Origin: Candidatus Saccharimonadia bacterium
Lineage (GTDB): Bacteria; Patescibacteriota; Saccharimonadia; UBA4664
Direction: 5' to 3'
Assembly (NCBI GenBank): GCA_035479295.1
Contig: DATIIV010000033.1
Coordinates: 2,901 to 66,900 of the forward strand
DNA length: 64,000 nucleotides
Shown piece after piece: positions 1 through 10,145 of the stretch (positions are counted from its first letter, which is position 1; each line of letters opens with the position of its first letter). Below the pieces are notes generated by a model. The model was not told the DNA's origin. It was given only the letters and a program-made list of their open reading frames with translations, and did not search any database. The translations under genes were made by a program, and so were the position numbers.

Positions 1-396
1 GATGCTACGCCCAGCATCGGCCTGCCAATTCTCGGTCTTGTCGCTGCCGGTCAGCCAATCGAGACTCTAGGTACGCACGCCGAGACACTTGAGGTGCCGC
101 CATTTATGGTGGGCCGGCGCAACTCGTACGTGCTCCAGGTTAAAGGTGATTCTATGATCGACGAGGGCATCAATAACGAAGACTTCGTCGTAGTTCAAGA
201 GAAAGAGGTGCCCTCAAACGGCGAGATGGTCATTGCGCTCATCAATGGTCGCGAGGCCACCCTCAAACGCTACTACAAAGAGAAGGGTCATATCCGGCTG
301 CAGCCATCCAACGCTGCCATGGAGCCTATCATCATTAAGCCGGGCACGCCAATCGAGATCCAGGGCGTGGTGATCGGCCTGATTCGGAAGTACTAG
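1..396 (+). CDS. lexA: LexA repressor, C-terminal peptidase S24 domain (5' truncated by window edge)
   Basis: Frame open from base 1: LPILGLVAAGQPI (Ala-Gly cleavage site), VKGDSM (catalytic Ser), ATLKR (catalytic Lys). Confidence 0.93.
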   Translation, partial: DATPSIGLPILGLVAAGQPIETLGTHAETLEVPPFMVGRRNSYVLQVKGDSMIDEGINNEDFVVVQEKEVPSNGEMVIALINGREATLKRYYKEKGHIRLQPSNAAMEPIIIKPGTPIEIQGVVIGLIRKY

Positions 397-398
397 AG

Positions 399-596
399 AT
401 GCTGCCCGATCTTGTAAACTCTTTTCGCTGTCGTATCTACATCTCGCCGGCCGATAGTTTTCAGCCCCTCTTGCCGACGAGTGTACGGCCGCGACGAGTC
501 GCAGCCTTTGAGCCCATCACGTACGAGGAGCTCTTCAGCTCAGGGCTACAGCCGCTACTGGTGGTATTTAATAGCCTCCAAGAGGCGGCTTCCTAA
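399..596 (+). CDS. Possible small hypothetical protein (65 aa)
   Basis: ATG 2 nt after the lexA stop; fills the gap to the convergent response regulator; no recognisable motif. Confidence 0.3.
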   Translation: MLPDLVNSFRCRIYISPADSFQPLLPTSVRPRRVAAFEPITYEELFSSGLQPLLVVFNSLQEAAS

Positions 597-613
597 TTTT
601 TGTGCAGGTAGAA

Positions 614-1000
614 TTAAGTGGCCGGAGCTAAGCGCTCCATTACTTTGCGATAGAGATCTTCGATGGTCCAGTCGGCCTTAACCAGAAAATCATAGGCGTC
701 ATTGTTGACCGCCTCGTAGACCTTCTCGGAGTCGCTCAGGTTTGTCAGAACGATTACTGGCAGTTTGCGGCCCTCTGGGTGCTCACGTAGTTTCTGTAGC
801 ATGGTCATGCCGTCCATTTTGGGCAGAACAATGTCGAGCAGAATGATATTTGGCTTTTTGGTCAAGGCTGCGTCGAGTCCGGCTTGGCCGTCCTGGGCGG
901 TAACCACCTCAAAGTTCTCACTCTTAAACTTATCGCTTAACACACTCAATAGCTCAGACTCGTCCTCAACGATTAAGATGGTGCGGGTGATGGGGGTCAT
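614..1000 (-). CDS. Single-domain response regulator (receiver domain)
   Basis: ILIVEDE, LLDIVLPKMDG (phospho-Asp), VIVLT, FLVK; overlaps the kinase stop. Confidence 0.93.
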   Translation of the reverse strand: MTPITRTILIVEDESELLSVLSDKFKSENFEVVTAQDGQAGLDAALTKKPNIILLDIVLPKMDGMTMLQKLREHPEGRKLPVIVLTNLSDSEKVYEAVNNDAYDFLVKADWTIEDLYRKVMERLAPAT

Positions 1001-2499
1001 AGGGATCTCCTTATGGTTGCCAGTGGCGGCTTAGGTTTGGGCGGTTTGACGGAATCGTGAGCCAAGGCCAGAGGCAGTGCCACATAAAAGGTCGAGCCGT
1101 GATCTTCCTCTGACTCAAACCATATACGCCCTTGGAGCTTTTCGACAATAGCTTTTGCTACATATAGCCCCAATCCGGACCCATCGGTAACGAGCGCTCG
1201 AGCGTTATCGGCTCGAAATAACTTGGTAAATATCTTGCGCTGGGCCGGGCGGGGAATGCCGCAGCCTGTATCGGCCACGCTAATAACCAGATCTTGGCCC
1301 TGGGTGGCGATTCTTATATTAACGCTGCCTGGCTCCGGAGTGTAGTGAAGAGCGTTGGATATGAGGTTCTGGAGCACCACGCGGATTAACTCGGGGTCGG
1401 TTTGGAGGCGCGGCAGATGCTCGGCCGAGGTTAAGGTGAACCGAATAGCTTTGTGCTCAAGCATGGCGGCTAAGTCGCGAGCTAAGGTTTCGGCTACCGC
1501 CGTGATATCGGTGGGCTTGGGGTGAACCTTAAGGCTACCCATCTCTATGCGCGAGACATGCAGCAGCACATCGATCTGTTCGATCATGCGTCGGTTGGCG
1601 GCATGGATTGTGAGTAAGTACCGGCGCAGGTCGGGATGAAGCTCATGTTTGGCCAGATCAAGGGCCGCCTCGGCATACCATTTAACGGTAGTAAGCGGGG
1701 TACGCAGCTGATGAGAGGCGATAGAGATAATCTCGGTTTTGGCGCGGTCCAGATTGACCTCTTGGCTAATATCGCGCAAGAGACAGACCGCGCCAACAGT
1801 GCGCCGGCCAAAAATAACGGGCGCGGCCGCAATAGCCACCGCGACGGGCGAAACGGAGCTGGGCGAGGGCGGGGAAGACTTGGCGGACTTGCGGGGGCTT
1901 TTAGTGTGCACGGAGCCGCCCGGCACCGGCACTAAATACAGTTGTGCCGCCATGCCGCAGTCCACCTTGCGCCCGGTTGTGAGCGCCATAGCGGCTGGCT
2001 GCTCGGTTGTCGGTCGGCGATGGCCGGCCTGATCCTGCAGAGGCGCCAGTTCAAAGTACGACTGGCCCAGTGCTTGCTCTCGCGGGCAACCTAGCAGCAC
2101 CGCCGCCGGCTCATTAATAAAAGTAACGCGGCCGGTCTTATCGATCATCACTAGGCCATCGCCGATACCACCCAGAATAGCCTCATCGATGGCCTTCTCT
2201 TGCTCGAGCGCTCGATTGGCCGCACGCAAGTGGCGTATGGCATTAGTGTTCTCGGTAATCTTGCTGCGGATAACGCCGAGCATGAGCTGAACCCCCACAA
2301 ACAGCTCGGTTAGCTCCCCTTGCTGGTGCGGCCGAGGCACATTTTGTGAAAAGTCACCAATGGCTGCTTTGGCAAAGATGGGAAGGAGAAGATCAAGCTT
2401 AGCCATAACTGACTGTTGGTAGCGCTCCAGCTCGGGATTTGGCTGGCTGGTCACAAGATAACCGAGGCGAGACGAGTCTGCCGCGACGAAGAAGCGCAA
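997..2499 (-). CDS. PAS-domain sensor histidine kinase (start uncertain)
   Basis: H-box ASHQLRTPL, N-box NLISNALHY, G1 DTGCGI, F-box IFTKLFR, G2 GSGLGL; PAS-like GRVTFINEPA. Confidence 0.93.
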   Translation of the reverse strand: MRFFVAADSSRLGYLVTSQPNPELERYQQSVMAKLDLLLPIFAKAAIGDFSQNVPRPHQQGELTELFVGVQLMLGVIRSKITENTNAIRHLRAANRALEQEKAIDEAILGGIGDGLVMIDKTGRVTFINEPAAVLLGCPREQALGQSYFELAPLQDQAGHRRPTTEQPAAMALTTGRKVDCGMAAQLYLVPVPGGSVHTKSPRKSAKSSPPSPSSVSPVAVAIAAAPVIFGRRTVGAVCLLRDISQEVNLDRAKTEIISIASHQLRTPLTTVKWYAEAALDLAKHELHPDLRRYLLTIHAANRRMIEQIDVLLHVSRIEMGSLKVHPKPTDITAVAETLARDLAAMLEHKAIRFTLTSAEHLPRLQTDPELIRVVLQNLISNALHYTPEPGSVNIRIATQGQDLVISVADTGCGIPRPAQRKIFTKLFRADNARALVTDGSGLGLYVAKAIVEKLQGRIWFESEEDHGSTFYVALPLALAHDSVKPPKPKPPLATIRRSL

Positions 2500-2655
2500 C
2501 GACCTTGGCGTCTAGGAGGAAGGTTAGGGCTTGGCATACTAAAACGGCGTCTCTCTAATAAAGCTTATGGTTAAGATAGCACGTTACAGCTAGCCGCAGA
2601 CAGGCGCTTTGCCAGCTTTTTGCCCACTAGACCAAACCAAAACTAGAGATTTGCA

Positions 2656-3606
2656 TCAAGCCGCAGTTAATGTCGGTCGATCCGGCATGGCCAACGCCTG
2701 CATGAGCGCCCGGGCCAGGCGGTAGCGGCCAGCTTCCTGATGATGCGCGATGAGCCGACCAACCGGTTGACGGTGCTGGGCGTCGTGCAAAAAGAAGGTG
2801 TCGTCGGCATAAGTCTTAAGAAACTGAGCCGGCGCCGCACCGGGCGTGAGCGCCTGAACATGATGGGCCAGGAGCACAAAAGCGTCGTAGCAGTCGCGTT
2901 GAGGCTTGCTGGCATTGCGCAGGGGCCGAGCCAGATCCAGTGCATACTGAAAGGTGCGAGCCAGCTGCAGAAACTCGTCGGTGTCGAGCAGGATGTCGAG
3001 AGCGTTATCGAGTGCATCGGCGTAGCCTGCCGAGGCCGGGGCCAGCTGCTCAATCTTAACCTCGTGCTCCTCGAGAAACAGCTCCACGGCCTGCCACGTA
3101 GCAGCTAGTTTGGTCTCTAGCGCGGCCTTGGCTTTAAGGCCAAAGTCGCCGGTCTGGACCTGGCCCAGATAGTCCACTAGCAGGCTGGCCGGTGGCAGCT
3201 CGTCCAATAATTGAGCCAGATCGGTCACCGACAGCTTGGTGGTGAGGTAGACACTGAGGCAGTTAGCCGGCAGCAGCCGTAGCTGGTTTGGCCGTACAAA
3301 GTAAGCTTGCGCGCCCGGCTCTTCGTGCGGCGGCCCGGTTACAAAGCTCATATGCTGCATGTGAGTAATGGTGTGGGTGTACTTTAAAATATCGTCGGCA
3401 CTTATGGCTGTTAGTCGCCGCCGTTGCAATATTCTGGCTATCTTAAGCCATTGCTTGTGAGCTAGGGCCATCATAGCGGCCGGCTCTTCGCACACGATCA
3501 GCGCGGTGCCTAGGTGCTGTCGGGCGTGTAGGTGGCGCATTACGTCGGCCGCCAGGTTAGTCTGCTCTAAGTGAATCCGTCGGCGAGTCTCTAGATATCG
3601 CGCCAT
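2656..3606 (-). CDS. Hypothetical protein (316 aa)
   Basis: Long ATG-started ORF co-oriented directly downstream of radC; no family recognised. Confidence 0.75.
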   Translation of the reverse strand: MARYLETRRRIHLEQTNLAADVMRHLHARQHLGTALIVCEEPAAMMALAHKQWLKIARILQRRRLTAISADDILKYTHTITHMQHMSFVTGPPHEEPGAQAYFVRPNQLRLLPANCLSVYLTTKLSVTDLAQLLDELPPASLLVDYLGQVQTGDFGLKAKAALETKLAATWQAVELFLEEHEVKIEQLAPASAGYADALDNALDILLDTDEFLQLARTFQYALDLARPLRNASKPQRDCYDAFVLLAHHVQALTPGAAPAQFLKTYADDTFFLHDAQHRQPVGRLIAHHQEAGRYRLARALMQALAMPDRPTLTAA

Positions 3607-3636
3607 TGTGCTGTGCCTCCAACCATTTGTTCTTTT

Positions 3637-4305
3637 TTATAGTAAATGGTGCTGTCGAAAACTAAAATAGTCTGTTTTGCTAATAATCAGATGATCGCGC
3701 AGAGCCACCCCCAGGAGCTGCCCGGCCGCCGCCAGTTGTTGCGTAAGTGTGATGTCTTGCGCGCTGGGGTTAAGGTCGCCCGACGGATGATTGTGGGCCA
3801 CAATCACGCTGGCGGCGCGGTCTACAATGGCGTCGGCGAAGACCTCGCGCGGATGAGCCAGCACCGTGTCGAGCGTGCCGATGGTAACGATGCGCTGAGC
3901 GATCAGCCGCTGGCCGCCGTCGAGCGATAGCGCCACCACGTACTCTTGCTGCTTGGTGCGAATATCGTCGAGCCGAGCCACGATGTCGCTCATGGTGCGC
4001 AGCGGCTCGATGTCTTTGATGAGGTGGCGCTTGGCTAGCTCCATGGCGGCCAGCAGCTTGCCGGCGTGGGCCGTGCTGACGCCATGAAGGTTAGTAAGAG
4101 CCTCGTAGCTGAGGCCCGAGGCGCCTTTTTGCAGGAGCTTCTGCACCTGTCGGGCGATCTGGCCGACGTCGGCGCCGGCCGTACCGTTACCAATGAGTAC
4201 CTCGAGCAGCTCGAAGTCGGACAGGGCGGCCGCGCCCTTGCGCCGCAGCTTTTCGCGCGGACGGTCGAGGGCGGGTAATTCGTGGATGCGGCGGCGTTTT
4301 GGCAT
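3637..4305 (-). CDS. radC: RadC / JAB-domain protein
   Basis: RPREKL..GAAALSDFELL N-terminus; HPREVF and AHNHPSGD..PS..D JAB motif; LRDHLII. Confidence 0.95.
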   Translation of the reverse strand: MPKRRRIHELPALDRPREKLRRKGAAALSDFELLEVLIGNGTAGADVGQIARQVQKLLQKGASGLSYEALTNLHGVSTAHAGKLLAAMELAKRHLIKDIEPLRTMSDIVARLDDIRTKQQEYVVALSLDGGQRLIAQRIVTIGTLDTVLAHPREVFADAIVDRAASVIVAHNHPSGDLNPSAQDITLTQQLAAAGQLLGVALRDHLIISKTDYFSFRQHHLL

Positions 4306-4429
4306 ACCATGCAGTGTAGCAGAGGCTGCCGGCTGCGACCATCTCAGCGCTTCCTCAGCTGGTCTTGGTACGATCTGCTCGTCGATTCTTGCCCAACCAC
4401 TCCCTTAAGGTGAGCTTCGGCATAACACC

Positions 4430-4456
4430 ATCGGCCCCTCGCGGGGCCGATTTTTT
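4430..4456 (+). terminator. Intrinsic terminator-like hairpin
   Basis: ATCGGCCCC-TCGC-GGGGCCGAT followed by a T run. Confidence 0.6.
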
Positions 4457-4531
4457 GGTTGAGCCAGCATATTATTGACAAATCCGGTCATTAGATAGAG
4501 CATAAGAAGTAAGCAATTTATGGTGGGCACT

Positions 4532-4966
4532 ATGTTCAAACATCTCCGCAGCAAGCAAGGTTTTACGCTCCTCGAGCTCTTGATCGTCATCGTCATCATT
4601 GGTATCTTGGCGTTGTTGATCATTCCTAATATCACCTCGGCGCCCAAGAAGGCGCGCGACACCCAGCGCAAGACCGACCTTAAGGCCATTCAAAAGGGCC
4701 TCGAGGAGTACTTTGTGTCGAATAACGTCTACCCCAACGCTCTCAGTGATCTCACGGCCAGCAACCCGCCGATCCTGAAGACGGTGCCGACCGACCCCAA
4801 GAATAGCGGCGAGTACGTTTACACCTACACTCCAGCTAACACCAACAGCACCTACACGCTGCACGGTTGTTTGGAGAATGGCGGTGATTCGGGCACCGGT
4901 GTGGTGAGCGGCGACTCGGCCTGCACCAGCACTAGCAAGGGCTTCCAGCTGGTTAACAACAACTAG
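4532..4966 (+). CDS. Type IV pilin / GspG-like prepilin
   Basis: Class III signal KQG|FTLLELLIVIVIIGIL; ARDTQRKTDL helix; C-terminal Cys pair; alternative start at 4520. Confidence 0.92.
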   Translation: MFKHLRSKQGFTLLELLIVIVIIGILALLIIPNITSAPKKARDTQRKTDLKAIQKGLEEYFVSNNVYPNALSDLTASNPPILKTVPTDPKNSGEYVYTYTPANTNSTYTLHGCLENGGDSGTGVVSGDSACTSTSKGFQLVNNN

Positions 4967-4985
4967 TGGCCAGCGCTCTCCGGCG

Positions 4986-6005
4986 CTACGACGAGCGGCC
5001 CTGGCCTGACGGCTGGGGCCGCTTAAGTTTGCGGGCTACTTGCCGCATATCCTCGTGCTGATCAAACTCGTCGCGAATCTCCCGGTCGATGATCTCCTCG
5101 AGCACATCCTCGATGGTGACGATGCCGAGCACTTCAGAGAACTCATTGATCACGACCGACAGGTGGCTGCGCGACTTGAGAAAGGCGTTGAGGGTGTCGT
5201 CGAGGTGGTCGTTCTCGTTAACGAAGCGGACGCTGGGCCGGGCGATCTCGGCCACGGTTTTGGCGCCCAGCTTAAGGCCGATGAGGTCCTTGGCGTAGAG
5301 GATGCCGATGATGTTATCTTGGCTGGCCCGATATGCCGGCAGCCGCGAGAAGCCGGCCTGTTTGAGCTCCTTGATGAATTTGGCGTCGATGAGCGCCTCG
5401 GCCGGGAGCATGCGGGCGACGCTTCGTGGCGTCATCACCTCGCGAATGAGCCGGTCGCCAAAGTTGAGCGCCCCGGTGGCGATACGCACCTCGTCTTGGT
5501 CGAGGCCGCTCTCATGGTGGTCGCGGTGCTCCTCGATGATGCGCGCCAGCTCGGGCTTGGAGTAGACGGTGGGCAGCTCGTCGCCCAGGATTCGGTCGAG
5601 CGCCCAGGCAATCGGCGCACAGACGGGGTAGAGCACGATCATGAGTAGGCGCACCAGGCCGGTAAACTGCGCGCCGATGCGCAGAGCGTAGCGAGCCACG
5701 ATGGCCTGCGGCACAATCTCGCCAAAAACCGTGATGAGCACGGTGGTGAGCAGGCCGGCCACCACGCCGTGGTAGACCGAATCAAGCACGATCGACAGTG
5801 CCGAGATGGCCGCCACGTTGCCCGTTAGGAGCGTTACGAGCAGCAGATTGCCACGCACCCGCACGCGGTAAACCTTGCGAGCGTCCTTGTCGCCCAGTTC
5901 GGCTTTGCGCCTAAGCTCGAAGGTATCGAGGCTCATCAGACCCAGATTGAGGCCGGAGAAAATTGCCGCGAGCACTACCAGTGTCGCTGCGATCACAATT
6001 AACAT
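4986..6005 (-). CDS. CNNM/DUF21 + CBS-pair membrane protein (CorC/HlyC-like)
   Basis: FSGLNLGLMSL, FGEIVPQA, VMTPR, GFSRLP, GIVTIEDVLEEI; start taken at MLIVI, just after TACAAT. Confidence 0.9.
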   Translation of the reverse strand: MLIVIAATLVVLAAIFSGLNLGLMSLDTFELRRKAELGDKDARKVYRVRVRGNLLLVTLLTGNVAAISALSIVLDSVYHGVVAGLLTTVLITVFGEIVPQAIVARYALRIGAQFTGLVRLLMIVLYPVCAPIAWALDRILGDELPTVYSKPELARIIEEHRDHHESGLDQDEVRIATGALNFGDRLIREVMTPRSVARMLPAEALIDAKFIKELKQAGFSRLPAYRASQDNIIGILYAKDLIGLKLGAKTVAEIARPSVRFVNENDHLDDTLNAFLKSRSHLSVVINEFSEVLGIVTIEDVLEEIIDREIRDEFDQHEDMRQVARKLKRPQPSGQGRSS

Positions 6006-6102
6006 AGTGAGTATTGTAGGCCAGGCGTGGCGGCTATACAAATGAGCATTATCCAAACCCGTTTGATCGCAGGATTGGCTTCATCTACAATGGGGCCAAC
6101 GA

Positions 6103-6201
6103 ATGAAGCCTCGCAATAAATTACCTTTATACACGGTAGTGGTAGCGGCGGGCCGGGGATCGCGCATGGCGAGCGCGACTCCGAAGCTGATGGTATTTTG
6201 A
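6103..6201 (+). pseudogene. N-terminal fragment of a GlmU/IspD-like nucleotidyltransferase
   Basis: Translates MKPRNKLPLYTVVVAAGRGSRMASATPKLMVF*: AAGxGxRM...PK signature, then a stop after 32 aa. Confidence 0.75.
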
Positions 6202-6315
6202 CTCAACAATCTAACTTCTATGTAGACTCACTCTGACAGAATGTGACTCTGGGCAAAGGGTTGTAGGCTGCTTCGTGGCCTAGACAACCAGATTACCGTC
6301 CCTTACAATCCGGTC

Positions 6316-7392
6316 ATGAGACTTGCAATTATCGTTGGTACGCGGCCCGAGATCATTAAGATGAGCCCAATTATTGTAGCCTGCCAGGAGCGTGGCCTGG
6401 ACTTCTCGGTTATTAATACCCGACAACATTTTTCGGACAACATGAACACTAGCTTCTTCCACGATCTAGAGCTGCCGCCCCCGGTCTTTACTCTAGAGAC
6501 TGCCTCAGGATCACATGGCACGCAATTTGCCTCCATGCTGCCAAAGCTCGAAGAGCTTTTTGAGACAAATTCCTTTGATATTGTCCTGGTGCAAGGTGAC
6601 ACTAATACGGTATTTGCGGGTGCGTTTATGGCGAGCAGGCAAGGTATTGCCATCGGTCATGTCGAGGCAGGGCTGCGCTCTGGTGATAAGTCAATGCCAG
6701 AAGAAACCAATCGCATAATGGTCGATCATATCGCAGATTTTTGTTTTGCCACGAGCGAGACTACGCTAAACAACCTGCATCTTGAAGGCCTTAAAGGTCC
6801 GCATATCCTCAATGTAGGCAATACGGTAGTTGACGCGACGATGCGCGGACTTGAGCTTGCTCGTCGCTCCGTGGAAAAAGCTGCATTCTCACCACCGAAG
6901 CAGCCCTATATGCTGGTCACTATTCATCGAGCCTCAAATGTCGACAACCCGGAGACACTGCAGGGTATCATGGATGGCATACATGAATCGCTTGAGCGTC
7001 ATGGCTTAGTAGCTATCTTTCCAGTTCATCCGCGAACAAATAAGCAGATCATAGCAAACAACATCAAGCTGCCCAGTAAAATGAAGCTTATAGAGCCTCT
7101 AGGCTACTTGGATTTTTTGCGGCTTCATTCAGGGGCAACTATTATGCTAACCGACTCTGGCGGAGTTCAAGAAGAGGCTTGTATTATGCATGTGCCTTGC
7201 GTGACGGTGCGCGAGAATACCGAACGTCCGGAAACGATTGACATAGGTGCAAATTTGCTAGGAAGGACAGACCCTAAGTCGATCGTTCACGCTGTAGATC
7301 ATATGCTAAAAGCGCCGAAGAACTGGGACATACCCTATGGCGATGGAACTGCTGGCGCAAAGATAGTTGACGCGATCTTAAATTCTAAGTAG
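6316..7392 (+). CDS. wecB: UDP-N-acetylglucosamine 2-epimerase (non-hydrolysing)
   Basis: GTRPEIIKM, VQGDTNT, HVEAGLRS, PEETNR, TDSGGVQEEA, TERPE, PYGDG. Confidence 0.96.
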   Translation: MRLAIIVGTRPEIIKMSPIIVACQERGLDFSVINTRQHFSDNMNTSFFHDLELPPPVFTLETASGSHGTQFASMLPKLEELFETNSFDIVLVQGDTNTVFAGAFMASRQGIAIGHVEAGLRSGDKSMPEETNRIMVDHIADFCFATSETTLNNLHLEGLKGPHILNVGNTVVDATMRGLELARRSVEKAAFSPPKQPYMLVTIHRASNVDNPETLQGIMDGIHESLERHGLVAIFPVHPRTNKQIIANNIKLPSKMKLIEPLGYLDFLRLHSGATIMLTDSGGVQEEACIMHVPCVTVRENTERPETIDIGANLLGRTDPKSIVHAVDHMLKAPKNWDIPYGDGTAGAKIVDAILNSK

Positions 7393-7419
7393 TTCTCTTC
7401 ATTTTGCTATAATCATGGC

Positions 7420-8208
7420 GTGCCAAAACCTATGCTGCACGCCATACCCGACCATGTACTGTCGGGCACGTTCAAAACCGCTTTTGTGTCTCGATCGGAA
7501 TCAAACTGGGTCGATCAAATCATCGAAAAGCTCAACTGTGACGGTCTTGCTACCTTTGATGGTGTGACCTCCACTGCAGAATTCCTTGAGTTTGCGGCCT
7601 GCTTTGGTGAGGTACGAGTCCATCCTCAGACGGACCAGCACGGCATAACAACTATGACTACAAGCGATAAATACCACATTCAGAGTGGTATTGTAGAGAC
7701 GCCGTTCGCAAAAGAGCAATTGTTCCATACGGATGGGTCAAAGATGGTTGATCCTCCTGGAGTGGTGGCAATTTATTGCGAGGCTCCCGATCCCAACACT
7801 CCGAGAGTCAACGTTTTTGCCCATGGCGGAACTTTGTTTGAGAGGCTGGTCGAGGAGAATCCCAATCTGCTGGAGGTGCTTCGACAGCCGATCGATTTTG
7901 GTGAATTCAGAAGCCCTGTCTTTACAACCCGTGAGGATGGTCTCACTAGCGTCCGTTTTAGGCAGGCGCCTGAACCTCCCAAGATGGATCTTCCCGATGA
8001 AGTTCGCTTTGCGGTTGATGCCAGACTGCGGCAGCCTGATCTGCTACTTGGCGTTACGCTATCTCAGGGGCAAGGTGTTATATTTAATAACCACATTATG
8101 CTCCACGGCCTAGGGAGGTCATTCGGCATAGGTCGGGTTGCAAAGCGGGTTCAGCTTACAACTGGCCCGGATTCGCCAATAAAGGCGGGGTTTAGGCTAC
8201 AAGCCTAG
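7420..8208 (+). CDS. TauD/TfdA-family Fe(II)/2-oxoglutarate dioxygenase-like protein
   Basis: HxD motif LFHTDGS and distal FNNHIMLHG. Confidence 0.75.
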   Translation: MPKPMLHAIPDHVLSGTFKTAFVSRSESNWVDQIIEKLNCDGLATFDGVTSTAEFLEFAACFGEVRVHPQTDQHGITTMTTSDKYHIQSGIVETPFAKEQLFHTDGSKMVDPPGVVAIYCEAPDPNTPRVNVFAHGGTLFERLVEENPNLLEVLRQPIDFGEFRSPVFTTREDGLTSVRFRQAPEPPKMDLPDEVRFAVDARLRQPDLLLGVTLSQGQGVIFNNHIMLHGLGRSFGIGRVAKRVQLTTGPDSPIKAGFRLQA

Positions 8209-8287
8209 AGCAAGCATGTGAATATAAGTTCTCGCCTACCCAGTAGGGGTGACCACTCAGAGCTTTGCCTTGAGCAGTGAGCTTCAC

Positions 8288-8323
8288 AAGCGCTCCATGC
8301 CATCGGTATGGAGCGCCTTTTTT
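8288..8323 (+). terminator. Intrinsic terminator
   Basis: GCGCTCCATGCC-ATC-GGTATGGAGCGC followed by C and T6. Confidence 0.75.
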
Positions 8324-8490
8324 GGGCCCTGAGTGCCGGCAAAACTTGACCTCATGCCGGTTATGATTGATAAAATTATTGAACAAACGCCGGGCATACT
8401 TTATACTCGGTCACGGCGTGTACGCGCTGTGCCGCCACAAATGGCCCTTTCAGACTCAGACCATGTTCCCGAGGATAAGGGATTGATCTC

Positions 8491-9516
8491 GTGTCGACGA
8501 CGTCAACACTGGAACGCAACGAGTCGAGTGTAGGTTCCTTAGGAGACGCCCCGGCTGTGCCGGCAGTCGAACTCCCGCAAGTCTCCCGCCGAAAGCTGCT
8601 GAAGAGCCTGTTGGCCCCGGAAGCGCTCTTGGCTACCGATGTTGCTCTGCATGAGCAGGCCAACCGCCCGCCCCGCGTTGACCAGTTTCGCCTCTGGGCG
8701 GTGGCTGCCAAGCAGCGCTTTAGCCCCTGGATGGCACTGGTGGCCGGCTTAGCGGCGCTAGTGTCATGTAGTGCTCAGGTGATCCGCTGGGTCTTGGTGA
8801 GCACTCAGGGCGTCACGCTGGGCTGGCCGCTGACCGCGCTGATCTTTGCTGCCATCAAGTATGGCCGGCAGAGGCCTCATCGCACAAGCGGCGGGGCCAC
8901 CTACCGCCGTCAGGTGCGGCTCAGCCTTGCCCTGTCGTTCGAGCTTATATGCACGAACGCGGTGTTGCTAGGGGTGTTGCTGTGCTACGGCGCCAACCTC
9001 TTCAACGGGATATTCTACATCACGATTGGCCTGTGGGTCTTCGGTGCGCTTAGGACAGTGAGGCGCTGGAACCGAGAAACGAGTAATCACCGGTTCGTCC
9101 GCGCCGGCATTCTGGTGAATATTGTGCCGATGTATCTGCAGGCGGCCAACTACCTCATCGTCGGGGTTGGCGGTATGCCGCTGTGGAATCTGGCGGTGCT
9201 CGAAGCACTCACGCTGGGCGCCTTTGTCATCTCCACCTGGCCCTTCGATGACGGCCGCCGCGGCCGTCTGAACCGAAAAAGGGCATTCCAGGCCGGCAGT
9301 TACGTCACCTTTAGGCTGACGCGCCACGAGTTGGTGGCTCAGAGTACGCTCGGCCTTTGCGGCCTGATCAGCTACTTCTGGCTGCCGGGCGGCCATCTGG
9401 ATGTGCCATGGAACATTTTGGAGGGTTTGATGCTGCACGCCTGGGACAGCCTGAACGCCTATCTGTCCTCGTTCCATCTCCATTTTCTGGGGGATCCCGC
9501 ACAAGTTATCGCCTAG
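8491..9516 (+). CDS. Hypothetical multi-pass membrane protein
   Basis: 341-aa ORF with several hydrophobic segments; AAGGGA upstream of GTG. Confidence 0.7.
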   Translation: MSTTSTLERNESSVGSLGDAPAVPAVELPQVSRRKLLKSLLAPEALLATDVALHEQANRPPRVDQFRLWAVAAKQRFSPWMALVAGLAALVSCSAQVIRWVLVSTQGVTLGWPLTALIFAAIKYGRQRPHRTSGGATYRRQVRLSLALSFELICTNAVLLGVLLCYGANLFNGIFYITIGLWVFGALRTVRRWNRETSNHRFVRAGILVNIVPMYLQAANYLIVGVGGMPLWNLAVLEALTLGAFVISTWPFDDGRRGRLNRKRAFQAGSYVTFRLTRHELVAQSTLGLCGLISYFWLPGGHLDVPWNILEGLMLHAWDSLNAYLSSFHLHFLGDPAQVIA

Positions 9517-9605
9517 GAGGCACTGGGGACTGGGGAACATTTTGCACCACTCTAACGTGGCTCCACGGGCCGGCGGACAACGATGTCTGCCGGCCCGCAA
9601 CCGTT

Positions 9606-10145
9606 TTAATCGCGCAAAACGGTGATGTGGCCCGTCTCGGCGATCTGAATAAGTTTGGAGGCGCGAGTGCTGGTGCGGCCGCGGCGATAAAAATCGACCG
9701 CGTCGCCAAAGTAGGCCCGCGCCTCGGCCAGCGTGGCAGCCGGCGGCAGCCCCTCAGGGTTGGCGCTTGGCGCGATCAGCGGGCCGGCCTGCCGCAAAAA
9801 CCGCCGTAGCGCCGGCTTGCCCGGCAGCCGAAACGCCAGGCTGCGTGTGCCACGGTGCAGGTACGCCAGGTCGGCCCGCGGGCAGGGCAGAATCACGCTG
9901 ACCGGCCCCGGCCAGTAGGCGCTTAGCTGCTGCCGGAGCTCGGCCGTCGGCTCGATGCCGAAGCCCGCCAGATCCTCGTAGCGGCCAATCAGGATGATGC
10001 ACGGCTTGCTCGGCCGGCGGTGCTTGAGCTGATAGACCCGCTCTACGGTCGCGCGGTCCAGCGCCGGCGCTACCACGCCGTACAACGTGTCGGTGGCCAA
10101 GACGCCCACGCCACCCGCCCGCAAAATACCGATTACCCGTTTCAT
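9606..10145 (-). CDS. tsaC: L-threonylcarbamoyladenylate synthase (Sua5/YrdC)
   Basis: TDTLYG, KHRRPSKP, WPGPVSVIL, AFRLP, APSANPEG. Confidence 0.93.
   Translation of the reverse strand: MKRVIGILRAGGVGVLATDTLYGVVAPALDRATVERVYQLKHRRPSKPCIILIGRYEDLAGFGIEPTAELRQQLSAYWPGPVSVILPCPRADLAYLHRGTRSLAFRLPGKPALRRFLRQAGPLIAPSANPEGLPPAATLAEARAYFGDAVDFYRRGRTSTRASKLIQIAETGHITVLRD

Noticed and set aside
1850-1930. Ser/Pro-rich insertion in the kinase PAS domain as another palindromic element
   Set aside because: No inverted repeat and no similarity to the lepA insert; looks like a low-complexity loop.
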